Positions 10,117 to 19,392 of a DNA stretch of 64,000 nt are shown here, piece by piece. Each line of letters begins with the position of its first letter. Within the stretch, counting starts at the first letter, position 1. The stretch is taken from assembly GCA_963674735.2 (NCBI GenBank), contig CAXXQS010000002.1, positions 32,001 to 96,000 of the forward strand. The letters run 5' to 3'. The translations under genes were made by a program, and so were the position numbers. The notes beneath the pieces are model-generated. The model saw only the letters and a list, made by a program, of their open reading frames with translations. It was not told where the DNA came from and ran no database searches. Source of the stretch: Myxococcota bacterium. GTDB taxonomy: Bacteria > Myxococcota_A > SURF-8.

Positions 10117-11051
10117 TGGCAATCATTCTCAAGTTGTTCCAGATCCTTTTTAAATTGCTCCCGATTTTCTTTAATCTTTTCTAATGCATCAAGTATGTCT
10201 TTGTGTGAAATGTCGTCACTTGTTGCTAGGAGCACCATTGGATTGGAAAGTAAGGCGAAAATAATAGAAACCCCAACAACTGTACCCGTAGGTGGAGCAG
10301 TGGCCACTATCCCTGAAACCGCTCCAGTAAGAAATCCCGCAGTAACAGCTAACACCTTTGTTTTAGTAGAAACTTGAATTCCTAACGTTTTAGCTTGCCT
10401 AATACCTTCAAAAGCTGCATATCCCCCCAAGAATCCTCCAACTAACCCACCGGCAGCTTGAGAAAACCACAACCCCTCCGGATCCACGTTCCAAACCGGA
10501 TTCGCCCCGGCGTAGCCGTAGAGCGCACCGGGATTCTGGAAGAGCGGGTCGAGGCTGGTGTAGATGCCGAGTTCGGGGATGTAGGTCCGGTGCCAATTAT
10601 AGACGCCGTAGCCCTCGCCGTCGTCGATCTGCCCGGGATAGCGCAGGGGCATGCCGAGCGCCGCCACCGACACCTCGGCCGCGCCGTAGGCGTCGTAGAT
10701 GGTCTCCCACAGCACATCGCCCTGGCTGGTCACGACTTGCTCGGGCCGCCCCGTGCGTTCGGCGATCACGAAGCCGCGCGTCCAATCGCCGTCCGACGCT
10801 TTTTCGTAAACCATCTCCGACACGAAGGCCTCCCGATAGACGTAGCGCCGCTTCGCGTGGAATCCGCCGTCCGATTCCAGACCGAACTCCTGCGCCAGTT
10901 CGCCCGAGGGGTAGTACTGAAAATAGGTCCTGCGCACGATGCTCCCTCCGCTGCCGTCCGGCGGCTCCTTGCGGTCCAGGCAAATGCGGCGATTGAGTGC
11001 ATCATAGCGCATTTCCAATACTTTGACCAGCGGCGCATAGGCCCGCGCCAT
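10110..11051 (-). CDS. 5'-truncated Rhs protein (module 1) with hydrophobic Gly/Ala-rich toxin tip
   Basis: YDALNRRI, YYPSGELAQE, YPGQ, YNWHRTY, DPEG; tip AAGGLVGGFLGG...AGFLTGAVSG; start uncertain. Confidence 0.75.
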   Translation of the reverse strand: MARAYAPLVKVLEMRYDALNRRICLDRKEPPDGSGGSIVRRTYFQYYPSGELAQEFGLESDGGFHAKRRYVYREAFVSEMVYEKASDGDWTRGFVIAERTGRPEQVVTSQGDVLWETIYDAYGAAEVSVAALGMPLRYPGQIDDGEGYGVYNWHRTYIPELGIYTSLDPLFQNPGALYGYAGANPVWNVDPEGLWFSQAAGGLVGGFLGGYAAFEGIRQAKTLGIQVSTKTKVLAVTAGFLTGAVSGIVATAPPTGTVVGVSIIFALLSNPMVLLATSDDISHKDILDALEKIKENREQFKKDLEQLENDCQW

Positions 11052-11127
11052 TTCGGGCGTGAGAAGGCCGCCCTGGTCGTTCTTGCCCACCCGAGGATCT
11101 TCGCTTTTCTTTCGAAACCAGTATCGG

Positions 11128-12810
11128 CTATTTGAAATCCGGCCGCACCACCCGGTTGCGTCCGGCGTCTTTGGCGGCGTAAAGGGCGGCATCGGCATCC
11201 GTTAACAGGGTGCTGTCGGTGGATGGGTGAGGGAAAGAGCTGACACCGATGCTGACCGTCTGGATCAGATCGAGCTCGGTGATGGGTGTGTTCGCGCAGG
11301 TTTCACAAATCCGCTGAGCCAGCTCGAAGGATTTTGCCAAATTGCAGGCGGGCAAGAGCACGGCGATTTCCTCGCCGCCGTAACGACAGGGTATGTCACT
11401 GGTGCGAATACTGCGGCGGATGATGCTGGCCACCTCTGTGATAACCTGATCGCCGACGGCGTGGCCGTGGGTGTCGTTGACCCGCTTGAAATGATCCAGA
11501 TCGACCATCAGCAATCCGAGGGACTCCCCGCTTTCCTTGGCATGTTGAATCAGGTGGCTGAAACGGGTGTTGAAAAAGCGTCGATTGAGAATGCCGGTCA
11601 GCGAGTCGAAAAACGCCAGTTCTTCCAGAATCCGGTTTTTACGGTGCAGGTCGTTGTACAATTCTTTCAAGCGCAGGTGGTTGTTGAGGCGCGCATGGAA
11701 TTCCGCCTGGGCAAAGGGGATCTGGATGTAATCGTTGGCGCCCTGCTCCAGACATTCGATGATGCTGTCGTGCCTGCGGCTGTCGGTGACGAGCAAAAGC
11801 GGGATGCTGTGGAAGCGCTCCTGGGCGCGGATCTCACGCACCCAATCGACGCCGATTCCGTCTGGCAGATTCAAATCGATGATGATGACATCCGGGTGGC
11901 TGATGGCCAGATGGGTGCGGCACTCCTCGATGCTGGCGTAGACGGTTGTCGATAACGCGATTTTATCCGCCATTTTGCTGATAATGGAGGCCACCATGGG
12001 GTTGTCTTCCAGCAACAACAGGCTGCCGCGAGCAAAGGTGCGATCCAGATTCGAAAATTTGGTGATGGTGCTCTGAAGCTGCGCGACCTCAACCGGCTTG
12101 GGCAGCATGTCGACCGCCCCGGCCAGAAAACCGCGCTGGATGGTGTCGGGGTCGGCGGAGGCGGAGATGATGATGGCGGGAATGCTGCGAGTGCGCGGAT
12201 TGGCGGCCAGTTCGCGGCAGACATCGAAACCGGACTTACCCGGCATCTGCAGATCGACCAGCACCACTTGGGGGTTGATTTTGGAAATCAGATCGAGCCC
12301 CGCCTCTCCATCGCGGGCGGTATGGACTTCGAAGCCCATGCTACGTACTACTTTGCTCATCACGTCGAGCACCACCTTGCTGTCGTCGATGATCACCGCT
12401 CTGGGGAGTTTTGTTTGCGTATAAAGCTTTTGAGCGGCATGCAGATCGAGCTGGCGCAGGATATCATCCTGTTTGAAGGGTTTGACCAGGATGCCGTCGA
12501 TCTTCTCCAGATCCCATTCATTTTGCAGATCCGTCACATCCATCGTAGTGCTGACAATCACCGTGGGCCGGCAATACCGGTCGGTATTCAATTCGGTGAG
12601 CAGGTCGGAAGGCGAGAAGCCGTCCATCACACCCGGAAACACGATGTAATCGGGCGCATAATCGAGCAGCTGCGTGTAATCATCCGAGGATGTACCGAAA
12701 AACCGCAAGGTATAGAGGCTGGATGTCAGATAGCGTGTCCACAACGACCGGATAACGCCCGAAGCTTCGATAACGGCGATTTTCAGCAGGGGGGACGTGT
12801 GTGCCTGCAT
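11128..12810 (-). CDS. Diguanylate cyclase with three receiver domains (PleD-like)
   Basis: REC motifs (IDDS..VDLQMP..LPKP; IDLNLPDG), DSLTGILNRR, DLDHFKRVNDTHGH, I-site RTSD, GGEEI. Confidence 0.92.
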   Translation of the reverse strand: MQAHTSPLLKIAVIEASGVIRSLWTRYLTSSLYTLRFFGTSSDDYTQLLDYAPDYIVFPGVMDGFSPSDLLTELNTDRYCRPTVIVSTTMDVTDLQNEWDLEKIDGILVKPFKQDDILRQLDLHAAQKLYTQTKLPRAVIIDDSKVVLDVMSKVVRSMGFEVHTARDGEAGLDLISKINPQVVLVDLQMPGKSGFDVCRELAANPRTRSIPAIIISASADPDTIQRGFLAGAVDMLPKPVEVAQLQSTITKFSNLDRTFARGSLLLLEDNPMVASIISKMADKIALSTTVYASIEECRTHLAISHPDVIIIDLNLPDGIGVDWVREIRAQERFHSIPLLLVTDSRRHDSIIECLEQGANDYIQIPFAQAEFHARLNNHLRLKELYNDLHRKNRILEELAFFDSLTGILNRRFFNTRFSHLIQHAKESGESLGLLMVDLDHFKRVNDTHGHAVGDQVITEVASIIRRSIRTSDIPCRYGGEEIAVLLPACNLAKSFELAQRICETCANTPITELDLIQTVSIGVSSFPHPSTDSTLLTDADAALYAAKDAGRNRVVRPDFK

Positions 12811-13112
12811 CTATGTTCTCCAACTGGTAAGTCCGGAAGGTCTACGCTTCCTTGATAGGATCGGAAGGTCAGCCCTCAAACTTGATGTATTTTCATCTTT
12901 ATCGCGATTTTCGAGACAATTCCACTGAAAACATGGGACGAATCTGACCTTGCCAGCGCACATAACTTAACATAATTTTATAAAACTAAGGATAATAAAA
13001 ATAAACTAAATAAAACATTGCATAACTACAAATCCCGCGGTATACTCGTTTCGTTCGCTGCCGCGAGAAGGCATGCGAGTTCGGGTTCTTCACTTTGGCA
13101 GACGGGTATCGG

Positions 13113-13322
13113 ATGAAATCGCTCACACGCAGGCGCCGACTGGATTACGAAGGCCAGAGCGGCGTGCCCACCAACGTGGTGGTGCCGGTGCTGTACAAAG
13201 AGATGCTGCGCTATCTGTCCGATAAGACGCGCATCCGCCAGAGCGAGTATCTGCGCGAGGCCATTCGCGACGTGTTGCTGAAGTATCGTAAAGATTTTAT
13301 CGGGTCCAAATATCAATTTTAA
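13113..13322 (+). CDS. Ribbon-helix-helix DNA-binding protein
   Basis: LRYLSDKTRIRQSEYLREAIRDVLLKY pattern; AT-rich upstream region. Confidence 0.75.
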   Translation: MKSLTRRRRLDYEGQSGVPTNVVVPVLYKEMLRYLSDKTRIRQSEYLREAIRDVLLKYRKDFIGSKYQF

Positions 13323-13463
13323 CGGACCCTCTTCAATCCCGTTCCTTATTCCTAGTTCCGTTCCCTGGCCCGGAGGTTTTCCCGCCTTCCGGGCCATCCC
13401 GTTTTATGGGGGTTGCCTCAGCGCTCCCGGCAAACACCGATCCGTTCGCTGGTTCAGTGGCGA

Positions 13464-14240
13464 TTACGGTTCCAACTCCGTTTCACCCGATTCGGTTTCG
13501 AAATCCTCGACAAAATCGGTCTCGGCTGTATCGGGTTCAAGCTCGTAATCCCAATCGCCATCGCCGTCGTAGTAACAACGTGTTCCCGATGGATAGTATT
13601 GGGGCCGACAACGACACTCTTGCTCACCTTCGAAAAGAATACATGCATAGCTTGGACAATCCTGTCCTATACATTCGTCGGGTACACACAAACAAGCATT
13701 ACCATCGCAGCGATAGCTGTCTGGGCAGGGATACAGATCGCGATAATCATGATCTTCACTGCTGCATTGCGCTTCAGGCCAAAGAACAGGCTCACAAAAA
13801 GACTTACTCAGACAATGATCCGACCAATCGCAATGGTCCGGGGACCACTCCGAAATCTCATCTTCCGGCAGGTCGGTATCGAGGTCTCCGTTTTCTGCAA
13901 GATCCGATTCCTCGTCGCGGTCGCCTCCATCGGTTTTATCGATCTCATCTTCCGGCAGGTCGGTATCGAGGTCTCCGTTTTCTGCAAGATCCGATTCCTC
14001 GTCGCGGTCGCCTCCATCGGTTTTATCGATCTCATCTTCCGGCAGGTCGGTATCGAGGTCTCCGTTTTCTACAAGATCCGATTCCTCGTCGCGGTCGCCT
14101 CCATCGGTCTTATCGATCTCATCTTCCGACAGAGTGTCAAGATCTCCGCCGGATTCGTCGGGGTTGTTCGAGTTTGTCGTATTCGAACAAGCGACCAGGA
14201 CGCAAAGCAAAACCCATACAAGCAGCGACAGCCGTTGCAT
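13464..14240 (-). CDS. Acidic-repeat, Cys-rich lipoprotein
   Basis: Lipobox LVAC; 29-aa acidic repeats; Cys-rich domain. Confidence 0.75.
   Translation of the reverse strand: MQRLSLLVWVLLCVLVACSNTTNSNNPDESGGDLDTLSEDEIDKTDGGDRDEESDLVENGDLDTDLPEDEIDKTDGGDRDEESDLAENGDLDTDLPEDEIDKTDGGDRDEESDLAENGDLDTDLPEDEISEWSPDHCDWSDHCLSKSFCEPVLWPEAQCSSEDHDYRDLYPCPDSYRCDGNACLCVPDECIGQDCPSYACILFEGEQECRCRPQYYPSGTRCYYDGDGDWDYELEPDTAETDFVEDFETESGETELEP
13855..14128. repeat. 87-bp intragenic tandem repeat (~3.1 copies)
   Basis: Unit starts at 13855, 13942, 14029 and 14116; encodes EDEIDKTDGGDRDEESDLxENGDLDTDLP. Confidence 0.95.
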
Positions 14241-14390
14241 GAAGCACCTCCGAGTGTTGTCCCGTCCGTGATCCTATTGGTAATAATATGATGCACGACA
14301 CAGGGGGCTTGTGTCAAGCCGAAAGCGGAGAAAGTCTGGTCGCAAATTTCGGAGTCCATCATAGATACGCTCCGGCATGGGGGCCATCTT

Positions 14391-15086
14391 CTAACGGCCT
14401 CCGCCATCGTCGCAATGGCCGCCGGTTGCCTGTCCCAGGCTGTCGAGTTCGGGCATGCATTTTCCCACCGGGCAGGTGTCCACCACCTCGCATAGCTCGA
14501 AACAGCGGGGCTCCGACGTCGCCGAATCGATGCATATTCCGGTTCCATCCGCGCCGCAGAATTCGCCGGGAGGATCGCAGACGGGCAGAAGCGCCGAATC
14601 GTCGGGGATACATAAATCCTGACCCAGGCCGTACAGCGATAACGGCATGCAAGGGACACCGCCCGTGCACAAGGTGGGTTCACAAAAATAGCGGGGCACG
14701 CAGTCGCAGGTGGCGGTTTCCGCCACGCATTGTTCGGTCATGATTTCACTCGAACAATCGGACACAGTCGAGGGACAATCCCATGCCTGCCAGAAACCCG
14801 CCTCACTGCAAGTGCACAGAGTCAGAACATCCAGACACCAGGATGGATCGCTTTGCGCATCGCAAGCGCCCGTACAGACGGGAGTTTCCTCCTCCACCTC
14901 GGGCTCCGTTTCTGCATCGGCGTCGCCATCGGTGGTGTCGCCGTCGGTGGCGTCGCCGTCGGACGTATCGCCTTGATCCTTCCCGGAAAAAATCGGATCC
15001 GCCGTGGACGTACAGGCGATGAACGTTGCGAGGCACGCCAGCAACAGCCGGAGTAAAACTCCTCGCAGGATAAGGCTCATTTTCAT
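14391..15086 (-). CDS. Cys-rich DGD lipoprotein
   Basis: Lipobox FIAC; DGD linker; Cys-rich domain paralogous to 15336-16184. Confidence 0.75.
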   Translation of the reverse strand: MKMSLILRGVLLRLLLACLATFIACTSTADPIFSGKDQGDTSDGDATDGDTTDGDADAETEPEVEEETPVCTGACDAQSDPSWCLDVLTLCTCSEAGFWQAWDCPSTVSDCSSEIMTEQCVAETATCDCVPRYFCEPTLCTGGVPCMPLSLYGLGQDLCIPDDSALLPVCDPPGEFCGADGTGICIDSATSEPRCFELCEVVDTCPVGKCMPELDSLGQATGGHCDDGGGR

Positions 15087-15119
15087 CGTAATCTCTTTCA
15101 ACTTCAACTCGAAACCCAA

Positions 15120-15303
15120 TGCTTCAAGCAGGTCTCCAACCGGCTTGCGTCTCAGACACGCAGCAACAGGGCGAGACCCCTCCCGGCGAATCTTCGATTC
15201 GCTCCCTCCCGTTTGGCAGGGAGGGAATGGTTCGCCGTTTAGCGGCGAACAACGTTGCCCTCTCCACAAGATGGAGAGGGCCCGCCTCAGCGGATGGGTG
15301 AGG
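15120..15303. repeat. Intergenic cluster of hairpins (REP-like)
   Basis: TCCCTCCC..GGGAGGGA, TTCGCCG..CGGCGAA and CCCTCTCC..GGAGAGGG..GGGTGAGG. Confidence 0.5.
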
Positions 15304-15335
15304 TCCATTCCTGTTCCATTTAATACAATATAGCC

Positions 15336-16184
15336 TCACAGTTCCAAACAGCCGCCGTCAAATATTTTCCCGCTGGAACTCTCGTTCAGCGGAATGCAGA
15401 GGGCCTCCGCGCCGCAGGTATTGGGCGTGGGTTCGCAGATTTCCATGCAGATCCGGTCGCCGCTTTGGAAGGCCATACAGATGTGGTTTTCATCTCCGCC
15501 GCAAAATTCATTCGGCGTATCGCAATCCGGGCCTTCGGCATCGAAACAGACACCGAAAGGTTGTCCGGGAGTTCCGTAATCGATGCAGGCGATGGTGTCG
15601 GTGCCTGGATCACAGGTATCGATATCGCAGGCATCCACGCAATAATCGATCATGCAGTAGTCGGAGCCTAGTTCTTCGCACTCCTCATTGCTACAACAAA
15701 AGCTATCACAAACGTTGCTACCGCACAGACAACGCTCATACTCAACGCTATTATCGTAGTCACATACGCCTGCCTCGCCGTATTCGCTTAGACAGGTTTG
15801 GTTGCAATCAACGACGATGTACCGATTCGTATCCTCATCGCACCAGCATAGCTCGGTTTCGGACAAGCAAGTCGGAAGATCTTCGCCGTATACACAAGTC
15901 TCCGGGCAGGCCGGAGTTTCCTCCTCCGCCTCCTTCTCCGCTTCCACGTCCGTTTCGCCAGAGCTATCCAAATCTCCATCGCCGGGCAGATCCGCGTCGC
16001 CCGGCACGTCACCGTCGAGCGTATCTCCATCGGGCGTATCGCCGTCAGAGGCGTCGCCGTCGGACATATCTCCGTCGGAGGCATCGCCATCGGCTTGCGC
16101 GGCATCGTCGGAACTGCAGGCGACAAAAACGGCCAGTAGCAGCAAGGCACAAAGCAACCACGGAATTTGTTTGCAGAGACGCAT
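15336..16184 (-). CDS. Cys-rich DGD lipoprotein
   Basis: Lipobox FVAC; DGD repeats; EETPAC..CWC..CDTPNEFCG..CMEICE shared with neighbour. Confidence 0.8.
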   Translation of the reverse strand: MRLCKQIPWLLCALLLLAVFVACSSDDAAQADGDASDGDMSDGDASDGDTPDGDTLDGDVPGDADLPGDGDLDSSGETDVEAEKEAEEETPACPETCVYGEDLPTCLSETELCWCDEDTNRYIVVDCNQTCLSEYGEAGVCDYDNSVEYERCLCGSNVCDSFCCSNEECEELGSDYCMIDYCVDACDIDTCDPGTDTIACIDYGTPGQPFGVCFDAEGPDCDTPNEFCGGDENHICMAFQSGDRICMEICEPTPNTCGAEALCIPLNESSSGKIFDGGCLEL

Positions 16185-16432
16185 GGCGATTCCTCGTTGG
16201 GGTCCGGCTTTGGTGGCGGGCGTATCCTAGCGGAAACGCTAGCATGCCTGCATGAGGCTGTCAAGCTCTAACCGAATCATAATTGGTGCGTAGCGGTTCG
16301 CGCAACCGGCGCTTGGCGACACGGTCGACCGCCGTGTTTTCCGGCTCATAAACGCCGAGACGGCCGCGCCTGGCGACCGTCTCGGATAAAAAAAATACAA
16401 ACGAGGAAAGCAAGGAAGGATTCGGTGGATGC

Positions 16433-18349
16433 CTAGTCCACTTTCTTGAAATCGGCGTCGATCACGTCGTCTTCGGGCGCGGCGGCGGCTTCCGGTTCGC
16501 CGTTGCCGGGCTGCGGACCCGCTTCCGGGCCACCGGGCTGCTGGTCGGCGGTTTGCTGATAGGCGGCCTGGGAAACCCGATGTGCCACCTGCTCCAACTC
16601 GCCTTTGAGGCGGTTGATTTCGTCCACCGACGCATTGGCTTTGACGGCCTCGCGGATGGCTGCGACCTTCTCTTCGACTTCTTTTTTATCCGCCTCGGGC
16701 ACGGCGTCGCCCATCTCGTTGACCTGCCGTTCCACGGCGTAAGCCAGCTGATCGGCCTGGTTGCGCGCCTCGATCTCCTCGCGGCGTTTCTTGTCTTCGT
16801 CGGCGTGCGCTTCGGCGTCCTTCACCATGCGATCCACGTCTTCCTCATTGAGGTTGGACGACGCCGAGATGGTGATCTTCTGTTCCTTCTGGGTTTCCTT
16901 GTCTTTGGCCGACACGTTCAGGATGCCGTTGGCGTCGATGTCGAAAGTGACTTCGATCTGCGGCATGCCGCGCGGCGCGAGACGAATGCCTTCCAGGTTG
17001 AACTGCCCCAGCAGGCGGTTGTGCGAAGCCATGTCGCGCTCGCCCTGCAGCACGCGGATGGTGACGGCGGTCTGGTTGTCGTCGGCGGTGGAGAAAACCT
17101 CGTTCTTGCGCACCGGAATGGTGGTGTTGCGCTCGATGAGCTTGGTCATCACGCCACCCAGAGTCTCGATACCGAGCGACAACGGGGTAACGTCGAGCAG
17201 CACCACATCTTTCACTTCACCCATCAAAACGCCCGCCTGCACGGCCGCGCCCATGGCGACGACTTCGTCGGGGTTGACGCCCTGGTTGGGCTCCTTGTTG
17301 GTAAGCTGGCGCACCAGATCTTTGACCGCCGGGATGCGGGTGGAACCGCCCACCAGGATCACTTCGTTGATCTGGTCGGGGGTCGTTTTCGCATCGGAGA
17401 GCGCCTGATTGACCGGTCCGCGGCAACGCTCGACCAGATCTCTGGTCAGGTCGTCGAACTGGGCGCGGTTGACGCGCGTTTCCAGGTGCTTGGGGCCGCT
17501 GGCGTCGGCGGTGATGAAGGGCAGCGAGACGGTGGTCTCGGTGGTGCTGGACAGTTCGCACTTGGCTTTTTCGGCCGCTTCGGTCAAGCGTTGCAGGGCC
17601 TGCTTGTCGCTGCGCAGGTCGATACCGTTTTCCTTTTTGAATTCGTCGGCGATGTAGTCCACCAGACGTTTGTCGAAATCGTCGCCGCCCAGGTGCGTGT
17701 CGCCCGAAGTGGACATGACTTCCACCACGTTGTCGCCGATGTCGAGCACGGAGACGTCGAAGGTGCCGCCGCCCAGATCGAACACCAGCACTTTTTCATC
17801 CTTCTGACGATTCAGACCGTAGGCCAGCGCGGCGGCGGTGGGCTCGTTGACGATGCGCAGGACGTTGAGTCCGGCGATTTTACCGGCGTCTTTGGTCGCC
17901 TGACGCTGGGAGTCGTTGAAGTAGGCCGGGACCGTCACCACCACATCGTTGATCTTCTCGCCCAGGTAGGTTTCGGCATCGGTCACCAGCTTGCGCAGCA
18001 CCTGCGCCGAGATTTCCTCGGGGGCCACCTTTTTGCCGTCGATGTCGAAGCGCACTTTGTCGCCGTTATCCTGCACGACCGGATACGGAACTTGCTTGGA
18101 TTCTTCGTCCACTTCGCCCCATTTACGGCCGACGAAACGTTTGGCCGAGAAAACGGTTCTTTCCGGGTTCATGACGGCCTGGCGTTTGGCCAGCGCGCCG
18201 ACCAGGCGTTCGCCGTCCTTGCCGAAACCGACCACCGACGGAGTGGTGCGAGCGCCTTCCGCGTTGGCGATGACGGTGGCCGCATCGCCTTCCATGACCG
18301 CAATGACGGAATTGGTGGTTCCCAAATCGATGCCGACTGCTTTTGCCAT
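16433..18349 (-). CDS. dnaK: Molecular chaperone DnaK (Hsp70)
   Basis: [54 protein letters not shown] tail; AGGAG RBS. Confidence 0.98.
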   Translation of the reverse strand: MAKAVGIDLGTTNSVIAVMEGDAATVIANAEGARTTPSVVGFGKDGERLVGALAKRQAVMNPERTVFSAKRFVGRKWGEVDEESKQVPYPVVQDNGDKVRFDIDGKKVAPEEISAQVLRKLVTDAETYLGEKINDVVVTVPAYFNDSQRQATKDAGKIAGLNVLRIVNEPTAAALAYGLNRQKDEKVLVFDLGGGTFDVSVLDIGDNVVEVMSTSGDTHLGGDDFDKRLVDYIADEFKKENGIDLRSDKQALQRLTEAAEKAKCELSSTTETTVSLPFITADASGPKHLETRVNRAQFDDLTRDLVERCRGPVNQALSDAKTTPDQINEVILVGGSTRIPAVKDLVRQLTNKEPNQGVNPDEVVAMGAAVQAGVLMGEVKDVVLLDVTPLSLGIETLGGVMTKLIERNTTIPVRKNEVFSTADDNQTAVTIRVLQGERDMASHNRLLGQFNLEGIRLAPRGMPQIEVTFDIDANGILNVSAKDKETQKEQKITISASSNLNEEDVDRMVKDAEAHADEDKKRREEIEARNQADQLAYAVERQVNEMGDAVPEADKKEVEEKVAAIREAVKANASVDEINRLKGELEQVAHRVSQAAYQQTADQQPGGPEAGPQPGNGEPEAAAAPEDDVIDADFKKVD

Positions 18350-18447
18350 TGTGTGTTCTCCTTGTCTACCGCTGTCGCGTTGTCGAAAACCTATATGTAA
18401 AATCTTCGTAAAGAGCGAATTTCGTTTCGATATCGCCGTTCGGGAGT

Positions 18448-18476
18448 AAAGTAAGGCCGAACCGGCACTTGTCAAG
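18448..18476 (-). promoter_or_regulatory. Putative dnaK promoter
   Basis: CTTGACAAG-N6-TTCGGCCTTACTTT, closely mirrored by the grpE promoter. Confidence 0.5.
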
Positions 18477-18596
18477 GGCCGGAGCGAGAAAAGCGCCGGA
18501 AAGCCTTCGAGGTTTCTGGCGCAGCCGTGGGGCGGGACAAGCCGCTCTGAAATTGGTAAATCATCCAACTATTTCATGGATTTAAACCCTCGACGG

Positions 18597-18625
18597 CTTG
18601 ACAAGCGATCTTTCGGACTTATTCT
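18597..18625 (+). promoter_or_regulatory. Putative grpE promoter
   Basis: CTTGACAAG-N6-TTCGGACTTATTCT. Confidence 0.5.
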
Positions 18626-18698
18626 TAGCTTCGGGATACGGCGCGACCGATGGGCGGCGTCGAACGAAAGTCAATTTTTTCAGAAACCGAGAGAGACG

Positions 18699-19352
18699 AT
18701 GAAGATTCCAATCGAAACAGGCGAACGGAAACCGGCAACGAACCCGGGGGACGAAACCCCGGAATCCGATATGAATACCGAGGGCACGCCACAGGCCGCG
18801 GATGACGCGAGCGTAAAAGCGACCGAAGCTGAGCTCGAATCCGATTCGGAAGTGGACGACGAGCCCGAAAGCGAGAGCGAACCGGAAGCTGAACCCGAGT
18901 CCGAACCGGAGCCGGAGCCGGAGCCCGAAATCGATTGGCAGGATCGCTGCCTGCGAGCGATGGCCGAGCTGGAAAACGTACAGAAAACCGTCCCCAAACG
19001 CATCGACCAAGGGATATTCTGGTTCAAGAAAGATCTTTTCGGGCGTCTGCTGGATCTGGCCGACGGCTTCGAGCGCGCCTTGGCGCAAGGGGGAGATGAG
19101 GATAACAGCTGGCGGCAGGGTGTGGAATCGTTGCAGCGTATCTTGCTGGAAGTCTTCGAAAAATCCGGCTTGACGACCGTTTCCGGAGAAGGCGAGCCCT
19201 TCGATCCGACGCGCCACGAGGTGGTGGCGGCGGTGCCGCAGCCCGAGGTTGAGGACGGCCGGATAATCGCCGTCCAGCGCCGCGGCTGGATGCTGGGCGA
19301 GCAGTTGTTACGTCCCGCCCAGGTGGTCGTAGCCAAAAACGCAAATGAATGA
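18699..19352 (+). CDS. grpE: Nucleotide exchange factor GrpE
   Basis: LRAMAELEN, GEPFDPTRHEVV, RGWMLGEQLLRPAQVVVAK; acidic N-terminus with EP repeats. Confidence 0.92.
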   Translation: MKIPIETGERKPATNPGDETPESDMNTEGTPQAADDASVKATEAELESDSEVDDEPESESEPEAEPESEPEPEPEPEIDWQDRCLRAMAELENVQKTVPKRIDQGIFWFKKDLFGRLLDLADGFERALAQGGDEDNSWRQGVESLQRILLEVFEKSGLTTVSGEGEPFDPTRHEVVAAVPQPEVEDGRIIAVQRRGWMLGEQLLRPAQVVVAKNANE

Positions 19353-19392
19353 GCTGGATTTCTAACGAGCCGGGCCGCTTGACGGCAGGCAG

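Noticed and set aside
12965-12992. dif-like site (TTATGTTAAGT on the minus strand)
   Set aside because: The XerD-like arm is present but the XerC arm does not match; more likely AT-rich promoter DNA
13855-14128. Possible CRISPR array
   Set aside because: Contiguous 87-bp units with no unique spacers, in frame inside a gene, and no cas genes
16553-18400. 615-aa ORF antisense to dnaK
   Set aside because: Well-known shadow ORF opposite Hsp70 genes in GC-rich genomes; no independent motifs
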